The notes beneath the pieces are model-generated. The model was not told the origin of the DNA, ran no database searches, and saw only the letters and a program-made list of their open reading frames with translations. A stretch of DNA of 64,000 bases, taken from positions 104,227-168,226 of the forward strand of contig CAZCCG010000002.1 of assembly GCA_964497535.1 (NCBI GenBank), read 5' to 3'. The translations under genes and the position numbers were made by a program. The DNA comes from an uncultured Gammaproteobacteria bacterium (GTDB lineage Bacteria > Patescibacteriota > Microgenomatia > Levybacterales > UBA12049). Below are positions 37,478 to 47,864 of this stretch, in pieces; positions within the stretch are counted from its first letter, which is position 1; the number at the start of each line of letters is the position of its first letter.

Positions 37478-37576
37478 GTCCCTATTATAGCTCTTCATTT
37501 CCAAAAAAGAAACGTACTCATCAAACCCTTACTGCTTTCATATACCCTTCTTACTCTTGCTTACTATCATTAGCCT

Positions 37577-38821
37577 ATGCAAAAGCCAGGTGAACATATT
37601 TCTTTGTGGATCAAAACCGCACCCTCAACAGATTATCCATCGCTGAGAAAAGATACTACGGTAGACGTCGTAATTATAGGTGGAGGAATTGCCGGTATAA
37701 CTACTGCATATTTTCTCAAGGAAAAAGGGTTGAAAGTGGCACTCTGTGAAGCAGACAGGATTGTAAAAAATGTCACAGGGTACACAACCGCAAAAGTACC
37801 CTCACTTCATGATGTTATTTATAACCCCATCTCGAAATCATACGGCAAAGACCAGGCACAACTTTATGCGGATGCTAATCAAGATGCAATTGAAATGCTT
37901 GCGGCAATTATCAAAAAAAACAACATTGATTGTGACTTTATAAGAAAGGATTCTTATACCTATACTCAAGAGAATCAATATATTGACGATCTAAAAAAAG
38001 AAGCAACTACAGCAAAAGATATTGGACTTCCGGCAGAATTTACAACCGAGGTTCCCTTGCCATTCAAAGTAAAAGCTGCGGTATGTTTTAAAAATCAAGC
38101 TCAATTTCATCCCCGCAAGTACTTATTGGCACTGAGCAAAACTATTGCTGATAATAAAAATTTCCTTTTTGAACAAACCCGTGCATTGAAGATTCGAGAA
38201 GGTGAACCGTGTATTGTAGAAACTGCTACATCGAGCATCAAAGCAAAATACATTGTTATAGCAACACATTTCCCTATTTTTGATGAGAATCATTTTTATG
38301 CCCGCATGTATCAACAACGGTCATATGTACTTGCAGCAAAAATAAAAAGCAAACTTCCGAGTGGAATGTTTATTAGCATTGAGCATCCATTTCATACCTT
38401 TCGTACACAAAGGGACGGAATGGATGAATTACTTATATTTGGTGGACAAGACCACAAAAGCGGACAAGGAGGAGATACACAAAAGCGTTATAATTTACTT
38501 GAAAAAAAACTAAAAGAATGGTATTCCCTTTCCTCTATCAAATATAGCTGGTCAACACAAGACAATATGACTCCCGATAAAATTCCCTATGTTGGTAGAT
38601 CAACCAAAAAATCTAAATATATATTTGTGGCAACAGGATTTAATGGATGGGGTATGACCAACTCTGTCGTTGCAGCACAACTTCTAACAGACCTGATAAC
38701 CGGCAAAAAAAATCCATTAGAAAAATTATATGATCCATCGCGGCTCACCCTACAACAAACCAAAGAACTCATTGCACAAAATATTAATACCGGTATAGAA
38801 CTTGTGAAAGGAAAAGTATGA
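37577..38821 (+). CDS. FAD-dependent oxidoreductase (YhfW/DAO family)
   Basis: SLW, DVVIIGGGIAG, TG.TTAK, QAQFHP.KY, WSTQD..TPD..PYVG, ATGFNGWGMT. Confidence 0.9.
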   Translation: MQKPGEHISLWIKTAPSTDYPSLRKDTTVDVVIIGGGIAGITTAYFLKEKGLKVALCEADRIVKNVTGYTTAKVPSLHDVIYNPISKSYGKDQAQLYADANQDAIEMLAAIIKKNNIDCDFIRKDSYTYTQENQYIDDLKKEATTAKDIGLPAEFTTEVPLPFKVKAAVCFKNQAQFHPRKYLLALSKTIADNKNFLFEQTRALKIREGEPCIVETATSSIKAKYIVIATHFPIFDENHFYARMYQQRSYVLAAKIKSKLPSGMFISIEHPFHTFRTQRDGMDELLIFGGQDHKSGQGGDTQKRYNLLEKKLKEWYSLSSIKYSWSTQDNMTPDKIPYVGRSTKKSKYIFVATGFNGWGMTNSVVAAQLLTDLITGKKNPLEKLYDPSRLTLQQTKELIAQNINTGIELVKGKV

Positions 38822-39126
38822 CCAAAAAAATAAATAAAGTATCAGACTTAAAAAACGGACAAGCAACAGTTATTGAATCAGGGAAGGAGAAAATCGCTGT
38901 ATATAAAGACATGAAAGGGAAAATCCACTCAGTTTCTGCAGTTTGTACCCATATGGGCTGCATTGTACTCTGGAATAATGCTGAGCTCACATGGGATTGT
39001 CCCTGTCATGGATCCAGATTCTCTTTTGAAGGAAAAGTAATTCAAAGCCCGGCAAATACTGACTTACCTGTAAAACCAATTCCTCACAAAAACCATGAAT
39101 GCGAGAACTGCGAATGTAAGAGTTAA
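38818..39126 (+). CDS. Rieske 2Fe-2S protein (separated C-terminal domain of the YhfW family)
   Basis: CTHMGC...WDCPCHGSRF; ATGA overlap with the upstream gene. Confidence 0.9.
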   Translation: MTKKINKVSDLKNGQATVIESGKEKIAVYKDMKGKIHSVSAVCTHMGCIVLWNNAELTWDCPCHGSRFSFEGKVIQSPANTDLPVKPIPHKNHECENCECKS

Positions 39127-39143
39127 ACTTTTAACCTACCAAA

Positions 39144-39347
39144 TTACTCGTACTCATCATACTCAGTATTGGTTTCCTCTCTTTCTTTCATTTTTTCATC
39201 AGCATCTTTTTGCTTGATTTTCCCTTTTACTTTTTGGATACCCCCTTTAATCCCTTTTACAGGATTTACAGAATGCTGATTCCAGTCGCCTTTTGCTTCA
39301 TCTACCATGCCTTCTGTTTTTTCTTTTAAATCATCTGCCATTCCCAT
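39144..39347 (-). CDS. CsbD-like stress protein
   Basis: D....K.EG..DEAKG, G..QKVKGK; strong SD AGGAGGTGA. Confidence 0.65.
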   Translation of the reverse strand: MGMADDLKEKTEGMVDEAKGDWNQHSVNPVKGIKGGIQKVKGKIKQKDADEKMKEREETNTEYDEYE

Positions 39348-39445
39348 ACTATCACCTCCTTTTATTACCCTAGTCTAATCTTTTAAACTCTGTTTTGAAT
39401 AAAAAGACCGTAATAAACCCGTAATAACTACGGTATAATGGGCAT

Positions 39446-40273
39446 ATGAAAAGCCGGAACAAACCCACAAAAATCATAGGGGTCCTCAATATAACTCCTG
39501 ATTCCTTTTCTGATGGAGGACAATTTTTGGATCCTCAAGCAGCAATAAAACGAGCGCTTACCATGATCCACGAAGGAGCTGATATCATTGATGTCGGTGG
39601 GCAGTCGTCACGGCCCGGAAGTGAACCCATATCACCACAAGAAGAATTGGATCGAGTTTTGCCTGTTATCACAGAGTTAAAAAAGCTGGTTCCCTCCCAT
39701 GTCAGGCTTTCTATTGACACCTATCATGCTCTTGTTGCGCAGATTGCCCTGGAAGCAGGGATACATATGGTAAATAGTCTGGGAGGGTTTCTCTTTGATC
39801 CATCCCTGGCGCAGATTATCCGACACTATAATTGTGAGATTATTATCTATCATATTAAAGGTACGCCAAAAACTATGCAAAAAACTATTATCTATACCGA
39901 TATTATCCAGGAGATCAAAGAATTTTTTAAACAACAAATTGACATAGGCAAAAAGCACGGAATTGAAAAAAATAAATTCTTACTTGATCCGGGTATTGGA
40001 TTTGGAAAAAGTAGTAACCATAATCTTGAGATTATCCGCAAGTTTGAGAAATTTTCAACTTTTGATATACCTCTTGTTATCGGAATCTCACGAAAAAGCC
40101 ACCTGGGTATAATCCTACAAGAAAAACTGGGTATAGAAACAAAACCGGATGAACGACTTGAAGCGTCTCTGGCAGAAACCGCAATCGCGGTACTTAAAGG
40201 TGCATCAATAATAAGAACCCATGATGTAAAAGAAACCAGAAAGTTTCTGGCAATCTTAGATGAGTTAAAATAA
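39446..40273 (+). CDS. folP: Dihydropteroate synthase
   Basis: GVLNITPDSFSDGG, SIDT, DPGIGFGK, SRK, IRTHDV. Confidence 0.95.
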   Translation: MKSRNKPTKIIGVLNITPDSFSDGGQFLDPQAAIKRALTMIHEGADIIDVGGQSSRPGSEPISPQEELDRVLPVITELKKLVPSHVRLSIDTYHALVAQIALEAGIHMVNSLGGFLFDPSLAQIIRHYNCEIIIYHIKGTPKTMQKTIIYTDIIQEIKEFFKQQIDIGKKHGIEKNKFLLDPGIGFGKSSNHNLEIIRKFEKFSTFDIPLVIGISRKSHLGIILQEKLGIETKPDERLEASLAETAIAVLKGASIIRTHDVKETRKFLAILDELK

Positions 40274-40304
40274 TCTATACTGTCATCACAAGAAACAACT
40301 ATAA

Positions 40305-40371
40305 TTGTCATTGCGAGGAACCCTTCGACTTACTATGTTCACTCAGGGTGACGAAGCAATCTCAATGACAA
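40305..40371. repeat. Composite palindromic repeat GTCATTGCGAGG...GACGAAGCAATCTC with a nested CCCTTCGACT...CTCAGGG unit
   Basis: Terminal IR TTGTCATTG/CAATGACAA; the inner unit matches the reverse complement of the ileS 24-mer ends. Confidence 0.7.
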
Positions 40372-40396
40372 AAATATATAGAATAAAACAAAAACT

Positions 40397-40885
40397 ATGC
40401 ATAAAGTAATACTGGCACTGGGATCAAATGTTGGGAATAAACAGGAAAATATTAGCAAAGCTGTTGATTCATTACACATCCTATTGGAAGATATTCATGT
40501 TGCGAATTTGTATCGTTCACATGCTGTTGGATTTACCGAGCAGGATGATTTCATAAATACGGCAGTGAGGGGATATACTAATCTATCTCCTCAAGAGTTA
40601 TTGGAGAGAATAAAAAAACTCGAAAAAAAACTGGGAAGGAAAAAGAGATTCCGTTGGGGACCACGAGAAATAGACATTGATATTATTTTTTATGATGATC
40701 AAATAATTCAGACAGAACTGTTGGAACTACCCCACCCCAGAATGCATGAGCGGGATTTTGTCCTCCAACCATTAACAGATCTCCAGCCACAGTTACTCCA
40801 TCCGGTTTTGAATAAAACAGTCCAAACTCTTTTGGAAGAACTACCGCCGGAGTCTCATTCAATCGTGGAAAAACTCTACAGCTAG
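40397..40885 (+). CDS. folK: HPPK
   Basis: [34 protein letters not shown]. Confidence 0.95.
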   Translation: MHKVILALGSNVGNKQENISKAVDSLHILLEDIHVANLYRSHAVGFTEQDDFINTAVRGYTNLSPQELLERIKKLEKKLGRKKRFRWGPREIDIDIIFYDDQIIQTELLELPHPRMHERDFVLQPLTDLQPQLLHPVLNKTVQTLLEELPPESHSIVEKLYS

Positions 40886-40902
40886 ACACATCCGGTGTGT
40901 GC
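40881..40902. repeat. REP-like element copy 5 (hairpin half)
   Basis: gctagacacatccggtgtgt, 19/20 identical to 15995-16014. Confidence 0.8.
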
Positions 40903-40917
40903 TACAATCCCAGAGTT

Positions 40918-41475
40918 ATGAAGCGGACGAAAATTCAACATCTTATATCTCAATTACTCAAGGAGCTCGGGGAAGATCCAGGACGTGAAGGACTTAAAAA
41001 GACTCCAGAACGTGTTGAAAAAATGCTGGAATATCTTACCAGTGGCTACAAAACTTCTTCCAAAAAAATCGTGAACAATGCTATTTATACCCACGAAGTG
41101 AGCAATATGGTGATTTTGAAAAATATTGAGCTTTATAGTCTATGCGAGCACCATATGCTCCCTTTTTTTGGTAAATGCCATATCGGATATATCGCAAATG
41201 GCAAAGTATTGGGAGTAAGCAAACTTGCCAGAATTGTCGATATGTATTCCAGACGGCTACAAATACAGGAACGGCTCACTGAGCAAATTGCCCATGAAAT
41301 TATGGAAGTAACTCGACCCTTGGGAGTAGGGGTAGTAATTGAAGCACAACATCTGTGTATGATGATGCGAGGGGTGGAAAAACAAAATTCAGTAATGGTA
41401 ACATCATCGGTTTTGGGAAACTTCCGTACCCAACAGGCAACCCGGGAAGAATTCCTCACCCTCATCCACAGATAA
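40918..41475 (+). CDS. folE: GTP cyclohydrolase I
   Basis: [36 protein letters not shown]. Confidence 0.95.
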   Translation: MKRTKIQHLISQLLKELGEDPGREGLKKTPERVEKMLEYLTSGYKTSSKKIVNNAIYTHEVSNMVILKNIELYSLCEHHMLPFFGKCHIGYIANGKVLGVSKLARIVDMYSRRLQIQERLTEQIAHEIMEVTRPLGVGVVIEAQHLCMMMRGVEKQNSVMVTSSVLGNFRTQQATREEFLTLIHR

Positions 41476-41593
41476 TTCCTGGTTTGAATCCTGACCTTCC
41501 ATGCCTCATTTAGCCTCATGTATATTGATAAAATACTTAAGCGATGGTAATCAAAGCTTGCAATGAACTGAGAAACATCACTACAATTAAGAA

Positions 41594-42304
41594 GTGGAAA
41601 TTAAGACAAAAGTATTTAAAGATATTTTTTCTAATGATATTCTCATTGTCGGTGAAGCAGGAATAATAATCAGAAGAGGAAACTTATTTCCATTCCCATC
41701 CTTTAATGGATCGTTTTATACAGATAAAATATTACTTTACTCAGAGATTGCCTCTATCGATTCTTATCCAGCTATTCCTTTAATAAATCGTGGATTTATT
41801 CATTTTATAATGAAAGGGGATACACGCCATTGGATAACTGGATGGTTGGCTTCTTGTTATTATATTCTAGAACCTTTATTTGTTTGGTATAGTTTCATGG
41901 GAAATAATCAATTTAAGGAGGCACTTGTGCTCATTCAGCAACGAATGAATGGTAGCCCAGCTATAACTCAAAAACAGATAGATTTGCTGCATGCATTAGC
42001 ACCTTATCAGAAACGTTCATGGGTAGGAATTCTACTTAGCTATGGCATACTTTTAATTAGTGTGTTTGTAATTTACATATTCGGGATAAATATACTTTAT
42101 GGAATAGGTGATATTTTGAAGTTCATTAGTAATTTATTCCCGGAGTTAGATCCTTTAGCTCTATTTATTCCACTCTTTATTTTGATGATAATCATTTTTC
42201 AAATAGTTCCAATGTTTCTCAATTTTATTGGGAATATTTATATAACTCGTAAGCAAATTCAACAGCTCAACAAGGAAATCTCAGATCTAGAAAGATCATC
42301 GTAA
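41594..42304 (+). CDS. AT-rich hypothetical membrane protein
   Basis: Open frame with 2 C-terminal TMs; GTG after TACAAT. Confidence 0.6.
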   Translation: MEIKTKVFKDIFSNDILIVGEAGIIIRRGNLFPFPSFNGSFYTDKILLYSEIASIDSYPAIPLINRGFIHFIMKGDTRHWITGWLASCYYILEPLFVWYSFMGNNQFKEALVLIQQRMNGSPAITQKQIDLLHALAPYQKRSWVGILLSYGILLISVFVIYIFGINILYGIGDILKFISNLFPELDPLALFIPLFILMIIIFQIVPMFLNFIGNIYITRKQIQQLNKEISDLERSS

Positions 42305-42452
42305 AAAGTTCCGACATAGTAGTTCGGCTTCTCTCACTATCTTCGATCCAGAAGAACAATGCTCAATTTAGCCTTAGAAAGCCGTTAAAAATGCCATGCC
42401 CCTGTTTGGATTAATAGTTTTCAATAGATTAAAAGTGTTGTAGAATAGTTTT

Positions 42453-43046
42453 ATGAGAAAGATTGTTGTTCTTGAATTTATTACCCTTGATGGCATCATG
42501 CAGGCACCGGGTGGACCAAAAGAAGATACGTCTGGCGGTTTCAAATATGGCGGGTGGACAGCTCCTTATTTTGATACAGTGTCGGGAAAAGAAATGGAAA
42601 AGCAGATGAAAGGAAAATATGATCTTCTTCTTGGACACAAAACGTATGACATCTGGACGGGATATTGGCCAGAGCATACAGAAGGGTGGCCACAAGTAAA
42701 CAAAATTACAAAATATGTTGTCTCAAAAACCTTAAAAAACCCAACATGGGAAAATACTGTAGTGATAAAAGATATTAAAGAATTAAAAAAACTAAAGAAC
42801 TCAAACGGTCCGACTCTGCAGGTGTACGGAAGCAGTATTCTTGTCCAGACATTAATGGAGTATGATTTGGTAGATGAATTTTGGCTTAAAATATTTCCTA
42901 TTACTCTTGGAACCGGAAAACGGTTGTTTGATAAAGGGACAATACCTGCTTCTTTTACACTCGTTGAATCTAAAATTTCCCCAAGTGGTGTAATTTTTGC
43001 TTCATACAAACGTGCAGGAAAAGTCAAAACGGGAGTCATAGAATAA
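42453..43046 (+). CDS. Dihydrofolate reductase-like / RibD C-terminal family protein
   Basis: FITLDG..QAPGGP.ED..GGF..GGW, LLG.KTY, GSS, LVDE, LGTGKRLF. Confidence 0.85.
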   Translation: MRKIVVLEFITLDGIMQAPGGPKEDTSGGFKYGGWTAPYFDTVSGKEMEKQMKGKYDLLLGHKTYDIWTGYWPEHTEGWPQVNKITKYVVSKTLKNPTWENTVVIKDIKELKKLKNSNGPTLQVYGSSILVQTLMEYDLVDEFWLKIFPITLGTGKRLFDKGTIPASFTLVESKISPSGVIFASYKRAGKVKTGVIE

Positions 43047-43105
43047 AAAGTTCCCACAAGATTGTACTTTTGCAAAAGGGAATTCCCCCAGATATAATAT
43101 CTTCA

Positions 43106-43369
43106 ATGGATAACAAGAAAAGATGCCAGAGTTGTGGTATGCCTCTATCAGATACATTTAATAACTACGGAACAAACGCTGACGGGTCAAAAAATCCACT
43201 GTTTTGTACGTTTTGTTTTCAGAAAGGAAATTTCACCAATCCCAATCAGACTCTTGAAGAAATGATCCAATCATCCATAAAGAACATGACAGAGGATCAA
43301 GGACTAGAGCCTGATCAAGCAGACAAATTAGCCAGACAGGTTATTCCACAACTCGGCCGTTGGACCTAA
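43106..43369 (+). CDS. Putative zinc-ribbon protein
   Basis: CQSCGMP, GTNADGS, FC.FC...G.F, PQL.RW. Confidence 0.85.
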   Translation: MDNKKRCQSCGMPLSDTFNNYGTNADGSKNPLFCTFCFQKGNFTNPNQTLEEMIQSSIKNMTEDQGLEPDQADKLARQVIPQLGRWT

Positions 43370-43381
43370 ATCCTCTTCATT

Positions 43382-44122
43382 ATGAATTTGATAAAAACAA
43401 AAAGCTTTGAACTGGCTATCTATACCCAGGGCAATCCTAATTCTGAAAAATTTGCACTCGTTTTGCCAGGAAAACTCGATACAAAAGATTACTCACATAT
43501 GAGAAGCCACGTGGAATACCTTGCCAATCAAGGATACTTTGCTCTTTCTTTCGATCCACCCGGAACCTGGGAAAGTCCGGGAGATATAAGGCTTTATACA
43601 ATGACGAATTACTTAAAAGTTATAAATGAACTAATAGAATCGTATGGGAATAAACCAACTTTTTTGATGGGTCACAGTAGAGGTGGAACAATGGCAATAT
43701 TAGTAGGGACCTCCAATCCTCTGGTAACAGGTTTTGTAGCAATTTTCTCAGGATTTATAAATGGACGGGGTGAAGAAGATTTAGAATGGAAAGAAAAAGG
43801 AATGTATGTCTCAATGCGTGATTTACCTCCCGGTGGAGGATCGAAAGAAAAACAATTTGAATTACCATATAGTTTTCTGAAAGATGAAAGAAATTATGAT
43901 ATTACTCAAGGATTAGAAACATCGGATAAACCCAAACTTTTTATGCTTGGCTTACAAGATAATCTAGTTCAACCACAAATAATAAGAGAAACATATAATC
44001 TAGCAGCAGAACCAAAACAACTATATGAAATGAATTCCAACCATGATTATAGACATGACCAAACATTGATAGAAGAAGTTAATAATAGAGTTGGAAAATT
44101 TATAAAAGATTTTAATTTATAA
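43382..44122 (+). CDS. Alpha/beta hydrolase
   Basis: GHSRGG nucleophile elbow, G..D, H-D-Y. Confidence 0.8.
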   Translation: MNLIKTKSFELAIYTQGNPNSEKFALVLPGKLDTKDYSHMRSHVEYLANQGYFALSFDPPGTWESPGDIRLYTMTNYLKVINELIESYGNKPTFLMGHSRGGTMAILVGTSNPLVTGFVAIFSGFINGRGEEDLEWKEKGMYVSMRDLPPGGGSKEKQFELPYSFLKDERNYDITQGLETSDKPKLFMLGLQDNLVQPQIIRETYNLAAEPKQLYEMNSNHDYRHDQTLIEEVNNRVGKFIKDFNL

Positions 44123-44125
44123 ACG

Positions 44126-44698
44126 ATGACAGTTTCTACAAAAATCAGATGTGAATGGGTGAGTACAGATTCCCTTGATATTGCATATCATGATACGGAA
44201 TGGGGTAGGCCTGTCCATGATGATAAAAAACTCTTTGAATTTATAACACTGGAAGGTGCACAAGCAGGACTATCGTGGACAACAATTTTAAAAAAAAGAG
44301 AAAACTATAGAAAAGCTTTTGACTTATTCGATGTAAAAAAAATTGCAAAATATGATTCCAAAAAAGTTACTTCCCTTCTTGCAGATAGTGGCATTATCAG
44401 AAACAAACTAAAAATTGCCGCAACGATTCAAAACGCAAAAGCATTTATCGCTGTACAAAAAGAATTTGGAAGTTTTGATACATATATCTGGCAATTTGTA
44501 GAGAATAAACCAATCAAAAACTCATTTAAAACACTCAGTGACTATCCAACCAAAACAAAAGTTGCCGAAAAAATGAGTAAGGATTTACTATCAAGAGGAT
44601 TTAAATTTGTCGGCCCTACCATTTGTTATGCTTTCATGCAGGCTGTTGGGATGACAAATGACCATCAGCTGCAATGCTTCCGTTATAACAACGTCTAA
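44126..44698 (+). CDS. tag: DNA-3-methyladenine glycosylase I
   Basis: RC.W, YHD.EWG, LEGAQAGLSW, GFKFVGPT, NDH...C. Confidence 0.95.
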   Translation: MTVSTKIRCEWVSTDSLDIAYHDTEWGRPVHDDKKLFEFITLEGAQAGLSWTTILKKRENYRKAFDLFDVKKIAKYDSKKVTSLLADSGIIRNKLKIAATIQNAKAFIAVQKEFGSFDTYIWQFVENKPIKNSFKTLSDYPTKTKVAEKMSKDLLSRGFKFVGPTICYAFMQAVGMTNDHQLQCFRYNNV

Positions 44699-44720
44699 CA
44701 TTTTTGATATACTTCTATCA

Positions 44721-45290
44721 ATGAATTTAATATTTATCAGACATTCAAAATCCCTGGTTAACCCACATATTCCTATCACTACTTGGGGACTCTCGCAAGA
44801 AGGCGTTGTTTTGGCAAAAAAGTTGCAAGATCTTACACAGATAAAAACTCTGGATGTGATTTATGTAAGTTTGCAGCCGAAAGCATTGGAGACAGCTCTC
44901 CTGGCAACAAAAAATCTGGGAATTCCTATAAAAACAGATGACAACCTTACAGAATCGACTTCTTTTACCGCTAAGTTTGTAAGTGTTGAGCAGCTAGATA
45001 AAAATACAAAAGATTATTATTCCAGTAAAGACAAAAGTATTAACGGCGGAGAGACTTCGCACGTTGCAGTAAATCGTTTTAACAATGTAATAAGCGATAT
45101 TGTAAAAAGAGAAAAAGACAAACAAAATATAGGAATTGTTTCTCATGGTAATATTTTGGCCGACTTTACAATGCAATATGCCAAAGGAAATGCATATGAA
45201 CTGGTGGAAAAAATGAAACAGCCCGACATTGCGGTTTTTGATTGGAATACCAAAAAGTTTACCATTTTTTTTGGAGATATTACACTCTAA
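44721..45290 (+). CDS. Histidine phosphatase family protein
   Basis: IFIRHS, GGET, IVSHG. Confidence 0.8.
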   Translation: MNLIFIRHSKSLVNPHIPITTWGLSQEGVVLAKKLQDLTQIKTLDVIYVSLQPKALETALLATKNLGIPIKTDDNLTESTSFTAKFVSVEQLDKNTKDYYSSKDKSINGGETSHVAVNRFNNVISDIVKREKDKQNIGIVSHGNILADFTMQYAKGNAYELVEKMKQPDIAVFDWNTKKFTIFFGDITL

Positions 45291-45315
45291 CAACCTTATT
45301 ATAAAAATTTAGAAC

Positions 45316-45873
45316 TTACTTCATTCTTTTATACATGTATACATGGTCGTCGTAATCATTGCCTCGTTTTATTCCTTTTGGTAATACTCCATATGTCACA
45401 AATCCATATTTCTCATACATATGCAGGGCGATTTTATTTTGGGCATAAAGCGTCATGCGTATCAATTCCATTTGTGGCAATTCTTTTTTTGCCACTGTGA
45501 TGATACTATCCAAAAGAATCGTCCCGATCCCCTCTGCACGGGCATCTTTTGCCAATGTTATACCTAACACTCCAACATGAGTATGGATTGCTTCTTCCAT
45601 GATGATTGAAGCAGTTCCTACTAAGGAATCTTTACTCCATACTGTTAACATTATTGCCTTGTGCTGATCAATTTTCTCAAGAAATGATTTCAACCACTTT
45701 TTTTCCGCTTCAAGCGGCACATGTTCTCCCTGAAGTCTGAGAAATATACGTTCCTTCGAAAGCGCGTTGATATAGTCACACAAAATCTGCGCATCAGACA
45801 TCTGAGGATAACAAATAGTAATATCTCTCCCGGTTTTTGATATGCCTTGATAAACAATGCTGTGGTGGTTCAT
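45316..45873 (-). CDS. GNAT N-acetyltransferase
   Basis: R..GIG, N..A..MYEKYGF. Confidence 0.85.
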   Translation of the reverse strand: MNHHSIVYQGISKTGRDITICYPQMSDAQILCDYINALSKERIFLRLQGEHVPLEAEKKWLKSFLEKIDQHKAIMLTVWSKDSLVGTASIIMEEAIHTHVGVLGITLAKDARAEGIGTILLDSIITVAKKELPQMELIRMTLYAQNKIALHMYEKYGFVTYGVLPKGIKRGNDYDDHVYMYKRMK

Positions 45874-45925
45874 TCAACCATTATAACAATTTCTGCTGAG
45901 GAATCTGTCTGCAAATACTGAGGAA

Positions 45926-46189
45926 CTATTTTTTTCTTTCAACTACAATTGAGCACTCCGTAACCAGCGCCGCAATAGCGCCAATTGCTGCCAAAGCCGG
46001 AGCTAACAATGCTCCTACTACGCCAAAAGTTAGGGGAAATTCTACCAAGGTCTTGCCTTGTTTGTCTTTTATAATAATTCGTCTGATATTGCCCTCTTTC
46101 AGCAATTCTTTCACCTTTGCCAAAAGCTGCTCGCCTTTTACCTCAAATGTCTCTTCCGTTGTAGCCGTTTTCTTTGCTTTTGTTGCCAT
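45926..46189 (-). CDS. DUF4342-like small protein
   Basis: L..KVKEL..EGNIRRIIIK...G.TL.E.PLT.GV, C.I.VE. Confidence 0.75.
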   Translation of the reverse strand: MATKAKKTATTEETFEVKGEQLLAKVKELLKEGNIRRIIIKDKQGKTLVEFPLTFGVVGALLAPALAAIGAIAALVTECSIVVERKK

Positions 46190-46387
46190 AGACCCAGTAT
46201 ACCAAAGATAGAACACATTACAATAGAATTACTCCTTTTCATCCATGCAGTCATATGCTACAGTAGTGCATAATCTGCCCCGAAATACTCAAATCTGCCC
46301 CAAAACAATAGCATATCTCAATACTACAGCTAATTATATGGTCTCTGACTATATTTTTTGATGTGGATCAGTACGTCAATTATTTCT

Positions 46388-47854
46388 ATGAGAATTACAT
46401 CTATAAGAAACTCTGTTATTCACGTTACAAAAAATGCCCATACACGAGGCTTTGTCATATATAGAAAAGTGCGAATAGAGCTTGGCAAAAGACCACTCCT
46501 AGTATTTTTCCTTACGCTTGGCCTTCTGTTACTGTTGATCATTTTAGGAAATCTTTTGCGCAGTCCTACTCAAACTTCTCAAAAACAAGTTACATCGATA
46601 AAGCAAGTTTCAGTATATAACATAGGAAGTGTACCTAAAATACGAGTTCAAGCACAAATTGAAAAATCAGGCGTAGTAACAATTACTTCACTTACTCAAG
46701 GAGTCGTACAAAAAATTCACGCAATCCAGGGAGAGCATGTACGTCGCGGGCAAACACTTATTTCCTTGTCTACTAACTACCAGGGAGGAAATGCACTCTC
46801 AACACAACGTTTGATTACTCAAAAACAGTATGAAAGTACAAAAGATACTTTCCAATTGCAAAAAGAAACGATTGACAAACAAAAAGACCAAGCGCGTAAA
46901 ACTGAGATACAGGCTTCTGAACTGCGTGCAATCCAAGCCCAATCAATCAGCTCTACCCAATCGCTTATCAGCCTCAATAACACGATTCTTTCAACTCTGG
47001 GACAAAATTTAAATCAGTTCCAAGCAAACAATACCGGAGGGATTAATAATCAAAATATCCTTTCCACCCAAATTTTACAGAGTCAATTTCAGAGCGCAAA
47101 TAACCAACTCAACCAGTCTCTTCTCACCGCCCAATACCAGTCGAGTGATACGAATACTCCTGCAGAGCTTGCCAGACTCCAAAGAGACATAACAATCAAA
47201 CAGCTGGAGCTACAACAGAAAACACTTGACTTAAATCTTGAAGTGAGCAAACTTCAACTACAAGTTGCTCAAATCAACGAAGCTACTATGTACCCATCTG
47301 CTCCTTTTTCCAGTACTGTCCAGCGTGTCTTTGTAAAAATGGGAGAAGCTGTTAACCCCGGAACTCCTTTGGTACTACTTGCTCAAGATGTGGAAGATGA
47401 CCCAATTGTAGCAATAGCCTATGTCCCCAAGGATATTGCTGACCAGGTATCTCTGCTTGAACCAAGTGTTTTATATTTTAATGGGAAATCGTACCAAACA
47501 TATCCCTCATATATTAGCCAGGAAGCAATTTCAGGAGAACTCTATGGCATTTATTATCCTATTCCGGATGGATTTAGCGCAGATCTGACCGATAAAGGAT
47601 CAATTCAGGTTGATCTTCCCGTAGGCAGACTCAATACGAGCGCAATCGTCCCCTTCGTACCAATAGATGCAGTATTTCAAACCCAGGATGGCGCCTTTAT
47701 TTATATTGTTACGAAGGGACAGGTCGTAAGCAAAAAAGTAACATTGGGAGCTGTACTGGGCAACCAGGTTGAAATTCTCTCCGGACTGAGTGACAAAGAC
47801 CAGGTAATTCTGAATAGAAATGTAATAGCCGGAGATAAAGTACAAGTAAATTAA
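46388..47854 (+). CDS. RND efflux adaptor (HlyD/MFP family) with a long Gln-rich coiled coil
   Basis: TM, lipoyl halves G.V..I....GEHV.RGQ and APF...V.....GE.V.PG, VPIDAV, VEILSGL. Confidence 0.85.
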   Translation: MRITSIRNSVIHVTKNAHTRGFVIYRKVRIELGKRPLLVFFLTLGLLLLLIILGNLLRSPTQTSQKQVTSIKQVSVYNIGSVPKIRVQAQIEKSGVVTITSLTQGVVQKIHAIQGEHVRRGQTLISLSTNYQGGNALSTQRLITQKQYESTKDTFQLQKETIDKQKDQARKTEIQASELRAIQAQSISSTQSLISLNNTILSTLGQNLNQFQANNTGGINNQNILSTQILQSQFQSANNQLNQSLLTAQYQSSDTNTPAELARLQRDITIKQLELQQKTLDLNLEVSKLQLQVAQINEATMYPSAPFSSTVQRVFVKMGEAVNPGTPLVLLAQDVEDDPIVAIAYVPKDIADQVSLLEPSVLYFNGKSYQTYPSYISQEAISGELYGIYYPIPDGFSADLTDKGSIQVDLPVGRLNTSAIVPFVPIDAVFQTQDGAFIYIVTKGQVVSKKVTLGAVLGNQVEILSGLSDKDQVILNRNVIAGDKVQVN

Positions 47855-47864
47855 CCTATGAACT

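Noticed and set aside
41477-41505. tRNA 3'-like fragment (CCTGGTTTGAATCCTGACCTTCCA) as an att scar before an AT-rich gene
   Set aside because: T-stem has two mismatches, it does not match the tRNA in the window, and no second boundary is visible
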